The notes below the pieces were generated by a model. That model was not told where the DNA came from. It did no database searches and saw only the letters and a program-made list of their open reading frames with translations. From Candidatus Hermodarchaeota archaeon (GTDB lineage Archaea > Asgardarchaeota > Heimdallarchaeia > Hodarchaeales > Hodarchaeaceae), in the NCBI GenBank assembly GCA_048886185.1, contig JBHLKY010000002.1:202359-234358 (forward strand): a DNA stretch of 32,000 bases, given 5' to 3'. Shown here in pieces: positions 25,469 through 32,000 of this stretch (its first letter is position 1; every line of letters begins with the position of its first letter). A program made the translations under genes and the position numbers.

Positions 25469-27241
25469 TTGATATCAATGAACTCTGATATCAGAGAGAA
25501 TCATAAAAGAAAAATAGGTGAGAACGGTTTGCCGTTCACAAATGGTATAAAATGTAAATCATACCTCAAAATTGGAGTTTTAACGCTCCTTTTGGTGCTT
25601 GCTTCAGTTTCTGTCATTCCCATTAATGCTCAGGATGAATATAGATTCGAGTTTAAACTAATTTACGGTGCTGGACGCTACGCTATGGACAAACAGATAG
25701 TAGAAACTATCCAATCTTTCTTAGCTGATGTTAATGTCAAAATGACGATTGAATCCCGTGATTGGGCTTCATTTTCAGCTGCTCAAAGAGAAAGTAATAT
25801 TACAAAATTAACACAGGATTTCCAAGCGTGGTTTGTAGGTTTCGGAAATCCTTGGATGAACGCAGATGGTGCATTGAAAAACTTCATCTCTCAAAGAGGA
25901 CTAGAGCCTCTATTATACAACAATTCGTATTATGATGATTTATTCTTTGCATCAAGAAAGGAAGCTGATGAGACAGAACTGATGAAAATGTACAAGGAGA
26001 TGAATGATATTATCATGACAGACGCTCCTTGGATATTCATTGCGATTGAACCCAATCTCCATGCTGCTCGTGGAGTCGAAAACATCACAACATGGCATGA
26101 TGAGTCAGTGATCGTTTCTGGAGCTTATTCAAAAACATCAAATGATACACTAACTCTCTCTCTAGGAACAGAACCCTCAAAATTTGATCCACAACATACA
26201 AGCGGAATGTCCAACCTTGGCATTATTCGTCTCGTTACAGAGACTCTAGTCAGCTTAGATCAGGATACAGGTGATGTTGTACCAGTATTAGCAACCTCTT
26301 GGTCAACTGACAGTAAAGCAGAGAACTGGTTGATCAATATTCGTCAGGGTGTGAAATTTCATGATGGTTCCGAATTAACAGCTGAAGATGTTAAATACAC
26401 TCTCTGGGATCGATTATCAGATCCTAACAGTGGAGCTCTAGCACAGGCATCCTTTGGTCCTCCAGCTGGTCCAATAACAAACATCACAGTCGTTGATACA
26501 TATACTATCAAAGTCGAAACCATTGGTTTTGCGGCATTGATGCCCTTCTTTAACTATCAGCCTTCAGAGATTGTTTCCAAGGGTCGATGTGAAGATCTAG
26601 CAAAAACAAACGAGACAGTCCCCTGCGAAGACTTTCAGAATAATCCATCTGGAACTGGTCCATACAAGTTCGTAGAGTGGGTTAAAGGTGATCATATAAC
26701 ACTAGAGCGAAATGAAGATTATTGGGGCAAAAAACCCGCCTTTGAGACAATCATCATGAAAAAGATAACAGATTCTGCCTCTCGAGTCTCTGCATTACTA
26801 GCTGGTGATGTAAACTACATACATCAAGCCCCAACAACTGATGTTGGGACATTAAAAGATGATCCAGATGTCTATCTTATTAATGCAGCTTCAGTTCGTA
26901 TGATGCACATTGGATTAAATCATAATTTTGAGATCTTCCAAAATAGGAAAGTGAGACAAGCTCTGAACTATGCGGTCAATCAAACAAAAATGGTCGAAAC
27001 ACTCTATGAGGGTTATGGATCCCCCATGATAGACACTATGATGGCACCTAACGCCTATGGGGTTCAGCAAGGTAATATTAGCTATGAACAGGACGTAGAG
27101 AAAGCTAAAGACCTCTTAGATGAAGCTGGATACCCTGTTCCTGGCGCTGGGGCACCAGGATTTGAAACTCCAATTGTATTAATAACAATGATTCTTGTGG
27201 TAAGTCTAGGATGGAATTCTCGCCGCAAATCAAAGAAGTAG
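25469..27241 (+). CDS. dppA: ABC transporter family-5 (peptide/nickel) solute-binding protein, circularly permuted, with signal peptide and C-terminal PGF-CTERM-like anchor
   Basis: FDP, E.LV..D, P.LA.SW, GVKFHDG..LTAEDVKYT, GTGPYK, LERN..YWG, VRQALNYA, EKAK.LL.EAGY and DAPWIF are all present but reordered. Ends PGFE-TM-RRKSKK. True start may be TTG 25529 (GGTGA upstream). Confidence 0.92.
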   Translation: MISMNSDIRENHKRKIGENGLPFTNGIKCKSYLKIGVLTLLLVLASVSVIPINAQDEYRFEFKLIYGAGRYAMDKQIVETIQSFLADVNVKMTIESRDWASFSAAQRESNITKLTQDFQAWFVGFGNPWMNADGALKNFISQRGLEPLLYNNSYYDDLFFASRKEADETELMKMYKEMNDIIMTDAPWIFIAIEPNLHAARGVENITTWHDESVIVSGAYSKTSNDTLTLSLGTEPSKFDPQHTSGMSNLGIIRLVTETLVSLDQDTGDVVPVLATSWSTDSKAENWLINIRQGVKFHDGSELTAEDVKYTLWDRLSDPNSGALAQASFGPPAGPITNITVVDTYTIKVETIGFAALMPFFNYQPSEIVSKGRCEDLAKTNETVPCEDFQNNPSGTGPYKFVEWVKGDHITLERNEDYWGKKPAFETIIMKKITDSASRVSALLAGDVNYIHQAPTTDVGTLKDDPDVYLINAASVRMMHIGLNHNFEIFQNRKVRQALNYAVNQTKMVETLYEGYGSPMIDTMMAPNAYGVQQGNISYEQDVEKAKDLLDEAGYPVPGAGAPGFETPIVLITMILVVSLGWNSRRKSKK

Positions 27242-27292
27242 AACATAGCTAACAAACCTCCCATAGTACACCACTTAGGAAAACTCCCCTGA

Positions 27293-27331
27293 ATGTTGTC
27301 CTCACCAAGGTGAGGACAGCATTTTTTTTTT
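27293..27331 (+). terminator. Long hairpin followed by a T10 tract after the binding-protein gene
   Basis: ATGTTGTCCTCACC-AA-GGTGAGGACAGCAT (one G-U pair), then TTTTTTTTTT. Confidence 0.75.
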
Positions 27332-27588
27332 CAAAATTATTTGAAAAAAGTAGGTATAACAAGCTTTAAAATCAAAAAGAAAATTTACTACTACAGAAAG
27401 TTACCTAATAAAGATCAGTCAAGAAAGAAGATTCTTATCTTTGATTACAGAGTTAATCACTTGAAGAAAGAGCAATATTTCCATATAATAGATTTTTATC
27501 TATTCCTCGCCAATATTAAGAATCCAAAATTGTAAAAGATACCCATTGAAAGCTACCCATATAAAATTAATTGAGATTGGTATATCTA

Positions 27589-28632
27589 ATGAAAGAAACT
27601 GACTCTCTACTAAGAATAAAGAACCTTTCTACTCATTTTTTTACATATTCTGGTGTGGTCAAGGCACTAGATGCCATAAATTTAGAAATAGCAAAGGATA
27701 AAGATTCTCTTGGCCTTGTTGGAGAAACAGGTTGTGGTAAGAGTGTTACTGCGTTATCAGTTATGAGACTGATTCCACAACCCCCTGGGCGTATTGTCCA
27801 AGGTGAAGTCTGGTTTGACGGCCAAGATCTGTTGAAAAAGAACGAGAAGTACATGCAACGAGAGATACGAGGCAAAAGAATTTCTATGATATTTCAGGAA
27901 CCTATGACATCACTTAATCCTGTTATTCGTGTAGGAGACCAAATCACAGAGGCCCTCTTGCTTCATCCTGAAATTAATGGAAATGATACATCTTCTTCGA
28001 TAAAAATTGAGGATCTTTCCAAGCCAACACGTAAAAGGTTAAAACGAGAGTCCAAGGAGCGTGCTGTTGAACTGCTTGATCTAACAGGAATTCCAGATCC
28101 AGAGGAAGTAGCATTTAGATATCCACATCAGTTAAGTGGAGGAATGCGCCAACGCGTAATGATTTCAATGGCTTTAGCTTGTAATCCGGAGCTACTCATA
28201 GCTGATGAACCCACTACAGCTCTTGATGTTACCATTCAAGCTCAGATTCTATCTTTAATCAAGAAATTAAGGGAAAAATTTGGGATTTCCCTTATGCTTA
28301 TTACTCATCATTTAGGTTTGGTTTCAGCAATGTGTAATAGGGTGGCAGTGATGTATGCGGGTACAATTATTGAATATACAGATCTTAGATCCCTCTTTAA
28401 CAATCCCATTCATCCTTATACAAGAGGTTTATTGAAGTGCATCCCTCGGTTAGGTGGAGAGAGAGGAAAACAACTAAGTACAATTCACGGTACAGTTCCA
28501 GATCTGATAAATCCTCCAACAGGATGTAGATTTCATCCCCGTTGCGACGAACGAAACTCAAAATGTGGAAGAAATAAGCCCTCTTTTGTAGAGGCTGAAA
28601 AAGGGCACTTTGTTTCCTGTAATAAGTGTTAG
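27589..28632 (+). CDS. dppD: Oligo/dipeptide ABC transporter ATPase (DppD/OppD type)
   Basis: [56 protein letters not shown]. Probable start ATG 27589 (track TTG 27571). Confidence 0.95.
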   Translation: MKETDSLLRIKNLSTHFFTYSGVVKALDAINLEIAKDKDSLGLVGETGCGKSVTALSVMRLIPQPPGRIVQGEVWFDGQDLLKKNEKYMQREIRGKRISMIFQEPMTSLNPVIRVGDQITEALLLHPEINGNDTSSSIKIEDLSKPTRKRLKRESKERAVELLDLTGIPDPEEVAFRYPHQLSGGMRQRVMISMALACNPELLIADEPTTALDVTIQAQILSLIKKLREKFGISLMLITHHLGLVSAMCNRVAVMYAGTIIEYTDLRSLFNNPIHPYTRGLLKCIPRLGGERGKQLSTIHGTVPDLINPPTGCRFHPRCDERNSKCGRNKPSFVEAEKGHFVSCNKC

Positions 28633-28707
28633 TAGTTAGCAAAGAAGAAAAGGTAGAGCTGTATGGAAAAAAAATAAAAGAGAAGGTGTAACATTTCGCA
28701 AGAGACC

Positions 28708-29670
28708 TTGTTACGGGTTAGAAACCTAAAAACCTACTTTCCAATTAAAGCTGGAGTCTTAAGAAGAACTGTGGGTTGGGTACGAGCTGTTGATAATATC
28801 GATTTTGACATCAACAGGGGAGAGATTCTAGGATTGGTAGGAGAATCCGGTTGTGGAAAAACTACTGTCGGTAGGGTCATATTGATGTTGGAAAAGGCTA
28901 CATCAGGGGAGATCTGGTTTGATGGGAAGAATCTGACAAAGATGAAGAGATGGAAGCTGAGAAAACAAAGAAGACAGATGATGATGGTTTTTCAGGATCC
29001 TTTTTCTTCGTTAAATCCTCGTATGACCGTGAAAAGAATCATCGGAGAGCCACTTCTTATTAACAAGTATTGTCCCAAACATGAGATAAGGAATAGAGTT
29101 ATAGAACTGTTGAATAATGTAGGCTTAAAGGAAGAGCACCTAGATCGGTATCCTCACGAATTTTCGGGAGGCCAGCGTCAGCGAATCTGTGTAGCGCGTG
29201 CCCTTGCTTTAAATCCGAGTCTAATAGTTCTCGATGAACCAACTTCGGCACTTGACGTATCAGTTCAGTCCCAAGTCCTCAACTTGTTCAAAAAACTACT
29301 ATTAGACTATGGTCTTTCTTATTTATTTATCTCTCATGATCTAGCTGTTATTGAATATATGAGTGATCGAATATGTGTAATGTATGTTGGAAAGATTGTA
29401 GAACAGGGCCTTACCAAAACAATTTACAAGAATCCAGCGCACCCCTATACGAAGGCATTAATGTCAGCAATCTTAGAACCAAATCCTGAAATAGAACGAG
29501 AACAAATCATACTCAAGGGAGATGTTCCTAGCCCAGCAAATCCCCCCTCAGGATGCAGGTTTCATCCTCGTTGCTGGTTAACAAAACCTATATGCAGTGA
29601 AAAAGATCCATCTTTTGTAAATTTAGGAGGTAAGCATGTAGCTGCGTGTTGGGCATTGGAAGAGTCTTAA
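28708..29670 (+). CDS. dppF: Oligo/dipeptide ABC transporter ATPase (DppF/OppF type)
   Basis: [56 protein letters not shown]. Start codon uncertain. Confidence 0.95.
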   Translation: MLRVRNLKTYFPIKAGVLRRTVGWVRAVDNIDFDINRGEILGLVGESGCGKTTVGRVILMLEKATSGEIWFDGKNLTKMKRWKLRKQRRQMMMVFQDPFSSLNPRMTVKRIIGEPLLINKYCPKHEIRNRVIELLNNVGLKEEHLDRYPHEFSGGQRQRICVARALALNPSLIVLDEPTSALDVSVQSQVLNLFKKLLLDYGLSYLFISHDLAVIEYMSDRICVMYVGKIVEQGLTKTIYKNPAHPYTKALMSAILEPNPEIEREQIILKGDVPSPANPPSGCRFHPRCWLTKPICSEKDPSFVNLGGKHVAACWALEES

Positions 29671-29711
29671 ATTTAGCAAAATGGACACAGAATAATAGTA
29701 TTTTCAAATAA

Positions 29712-30635
29712 GTGATGAAATTGACTACTATTGATAAAGTAGTAAAGGAAAAAAAAGTTTCAAAGTTACCTTTGACACTATATAAGTTCCAGAAAAACAA
29801 ACGTGCAGTATTTGGACTTGCTGTGCTCCTAATAATTTTTATAATTGCTTTATTTGCTCTAGATCCTTGGGGACGTCCTTTACTAGTCCCTTATGATCCA
29901 TATGGACATCTTCCAACATCTGAAGGATTAGATCGAAGGGGAGAACTCCCCTCAGGGCAGCATATCTTAGGACTTGACGAACTTGGAAGGGATCTCCTCA
30001 GCAGAATTATGGTAGGGTGTCGAATCTCCATTACAATAGGATTTGTTTCTGTTTCCATTGCTTTGGTAATCGGGGTCATTTTCGGCTCTATTTCTGGTTA
30101 TTTTGGGAGTTGGGTAGACCACATCCTAATGAGGATTATAGATATTATGATGTCATTCCCTGCTTTCTTATTAGCTCTAATAATCATTGCAATCTTAGGA
30201 CCAACACTTCAAAATGCAATGGTGGCTATTGGTATTGCACTAATTCCCGTGTATGCGCGATTAACTCGAGGACAAGTCATTTCAATAAAGGAAAACGACT
30301 ATGTTGAGGCAGCAAGAATGGTGGGAGCCAGAGATTGGAGAATTATTATATGGCATATCTTACCTAATGCTATCGCTCCTCTTATTGTCCAATCTACCCT
30401 CAACTTCGCTAGTGCAATCCTCTCTGCAGCCGCTTTAGGCTATCTAGGTCTTGGAGCTCAACCACCCACTCCAGAATGGGGTGTTATGCTTAACGATGGA
30501 AGACATTACTTGTTGTCTGGAGCTCTTCACTTATCCTTGTTTCCTGGATTAGCTATTATGATCACTGTATTAGCCTTCAATTTAGTTGGGGACGGTATTA
30601 GAGACGCTTTCGATCCTAGAATGGTGAGTGAATAA
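29712..30635 (+). CDS. dppC: Oligo/dipeptide ABC transporter permease (DppC/OppC type)
   Basis: HILGLDELGRDLLSR, EAA loop ENDYVEAARMVGA, HILPN, L.YLGLG..PP.PEWG.ML, GDGIRDAFDP. Confidence 0.95.
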   Translation: MMKLTTIDKVVKEKKVSKLPLTLYKFQKNKRAVFGLAVLLIIFIIALFALDPWGRPLLVPYDPYGHLPTSEGLDRRGELPSGQHILGLDELGRDLLSRIMVGCRISITIGFVSVSIALVIGVIFGSISGYFGSWVDHILMRIIDIMMSFPAFLLALIIIAILGPTLQNAMVAIGIALIPVYARLTRGQVISIKENDYVEAARMVGARDWRIIIWHILPNAIAPLIVQSTLNFASAILSAAALGYLGLGAQPPTPEWGVMLNDGRHYLLSGALHLSLFPGLAIMITVLAFNLVGDGIRDAFDPRMVSE

Positions 30636-31648
30636 TGTCATTCATATCTTTCTTAATTAGGAGAATATTACTAGTCATTCCAGTCTTTTTTGCTGTATCT
30701 TTTATTGTTTTTTTAATGATTCGTATGATTCCTGGTGATCCTGCCCTTCTCCTTGTCCCAGAAGACGCCCCACCAGAACAAGTGGATTATCTTCGTGAAA
30801 GATGGGGATTAAATAAGCCTATTCATGAGCAGTATCTTACTTTCGTATCAAATCTTTTACGAGGAGATTTTGGAAAGTCAATTCGAACAGGTAGACCTGT
30901 TATTGAGGAAATTATACCACGATTCAGGAATACCATATTCTTGGCGAGTTCAGCTTGTTTAATCGCTATAGTTGTTGGAGGAATTGCAGGAGTTATTTCT
31001 AGTACAAGACCTTACTCGAAGATTGACAATATTGCAATGATAGCAGCAATGATAGGAGTTTCTGCTCCAGCATTCTGGCTTGGCCTCATGTTGATGTGGC
31101 TGGTAGCTGTTGAATTAAAGGTTCTTCCTGCAGTTGGCACTGGTGATTATGGCCATCTTTTCTCTCTCATTCCAGGACTCTTCTATCCCCCTGGCTCAAC
31201 ATTATCAGAATTCCTCGATGAATTAACAAATTCTATTAGACATTTAATAATGCCAGCAGTCACTCTTTCAGCCTTTTTAATGGCTGTTCTTGCACGACAA
31301 ACACGTTCAGCAATGCTGGAAATCCTGGCTAGTGATTACATTAGAACAGCCCGAGCAAAAGGAGCATCTGATTCAAGAGTGATTTTTCGTCATACTCTAA
31401 AGAATGCGATGATCCCAGTTCTCACAGTAGCAGGAGTTGCTTTTGGTACAATGTTAGGTGGATCCATTGTTGTAGAAACTGTATTTGAATATAATGGCCT
31501 AGGACAATACATGATAGATTCAATTCACACTAGAGACTATCCTGTTATACAAGCTGTCATCCTTTGGTACGCTTTGATCTTTACAGGAGTCAACCTCTTA
31601 GTAGACATCATCTATGGATGGTTAGATCCACGAATAGTTTATGATTAA
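30635..31648 (+). CDS. dppB: Oligo/dipeptide ABC transporter permease (DppB/OppB type)
   Basis: IPGDPA, WGLNKP..EQY, GDFG.S, DYIRTARAKGA, H.LKNA.IP, GGSIVVETVF..GLG, RDYPVIQ, LDPRI. Its ATG shares base 30635 with the dppC stop. Confidence 0.95.
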   Translation: MSFISFLIRRILLVIPVFFAVSFIVFLMIRMIPGDPALLLVPEDAPPEQVDYLRERWGLNKPIHEQYLTFVSNLLRGDFGKSIRTGRPVIEEIIPRFRNTIFLASSACLIAIVVGGIAGVISSTRPYSKIDNIAMIAAMIGVSAPAFWLGLMLMWLVAVELKVLPAVGTGDYGHLFSLIPGLFYPPGSTLSEFLDELTNSIRHLIMPAVTLSAFLMAVLARQTRSAMLEILASDYIRTARAKGASDSRVIFRHTLKNAMIPVLTVAGVAFGTMLGGSIVVETVFEYNGLGQYMIDSIHTRDYPVIQAVILWYALIFTGVNLLVDIIYGWLDPRIVYD

Positions 31649-31721
31649 ATAAGAATCAAATCAGGAATTTATCATCTCTCTGTACTTTAGGAGATTTAAT
31701 AGATTTGTAATGGTGAAAAAT

Positions 31722-32000
31722 ATGATACCTAGGAATGAATATCTAAAGCTCTCTCGTGAAGAGAGATTTATTAAACTGGAATCTGCAGAAAACGAGAGAG
31801 CGGAAGAACTTTTCAAGAATAATCTAGTTGTTGACATGCATACCCACTTTTTTGGAAGTATTCACTTTGAATGGACTCCTGAAATTAGTCAGAGAGTTAA
31901 TCAAACAGGAATAGATGCAGGATTCGAAGCAGTACCGTGCTTAACTGAAGACTTTGCAGAGACCACAACCATTTTGGGAACTTACAAAAACATAGTCGAA
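31722..32000 (+). CDS. Membrane dipeptidase (M19) family amidohydrolase, copy 5 (subtype B); truncated by the right edge
   Basis: Translated by hand: MIPRNEYLKLSREERFIKLESAENERAEELFKNNLVVDMHTHFFGSIHFEW...FEAVPCLTEDFAETTTILGTYKNIVE. GGTGA upstream. Absent from the ORF track because there is no stop in the window. Confidence 0.9.
   Translation, partial: MIPRNEYLKLSREERFIKLESAENERAEELFKNNLVVDMHTHFFGSIHFEWTPEISQRVNQTGIDAGFEAVPCLTEDFAETTTILGTYKNIVE

Noticed and set aside
27082-30307. ORFs 27082..27264, 27341..27535, 27633..27875, 28397..28642, 29588..29800, 29891..30079, 30017..30307
   Set aside because: They are antisense or off-frame to ABC genes. 27341..27535 is a low-complexity Lys-rich frame in A-rich intergenic DNA with a TTG start and no RBS.

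Overview
AT-rich prokaryotic window with no rRNA, tRNA, CRISPR array or transposase that I can recognise. It looks archaeal, plausibly Asgard/Heimdallarchaeia-like. That assignment is an inference from the PGF-CTERM sorting tail, zinc-ribbon membrane proteins, TATA/BRE-like promoter and heliorhodopsin. There are three blocks. (1) 1-7.5 kb, mixed genes: a zinc-ribbon protein with 50-aa transmembrane repeats (missed by the ORF track), an M42 peptidase, a sulfite-oxidase-family Mo enzyme fused to a 4-His cytochrome b561-like domain, a tiny zinc-ribbon ORF with an in-frame TGA at a Cys position, a membrane-anchored wHTH protein and a GT2. (2) 7.7-18 kb, an apparent light/pigment island: UvsE directly followed by a photolyase; a co-directional run heliorhodopsin > M50-like membrane protein > YbjT-like SDR > Staygreen (Mg-dechelatase) homolog; and a divergent TspO-like + DUF1295 pair. 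(3) 18.4-32 kb, a peptide/amide scavenging locus: four tandem atypical (HxH) M19 dipeptidases alternating between two subtypes, then MFS, DJ-1 and cysteine hydrolase genes. Divergent from these is a Dpp/Opp ABC transporter whose solute-binding protein is circularly permuted and C-terminally anchored, followed by a fifth M19 gene. The best candidates for undescribed biology are the heliorhodopsin-Staygreen cluster, the permuted binding protein with its dipeptidase array, and the Mo-enzyme/cytochrome b fusion. All family calls come from motifs read by eye, and no database searches were run.
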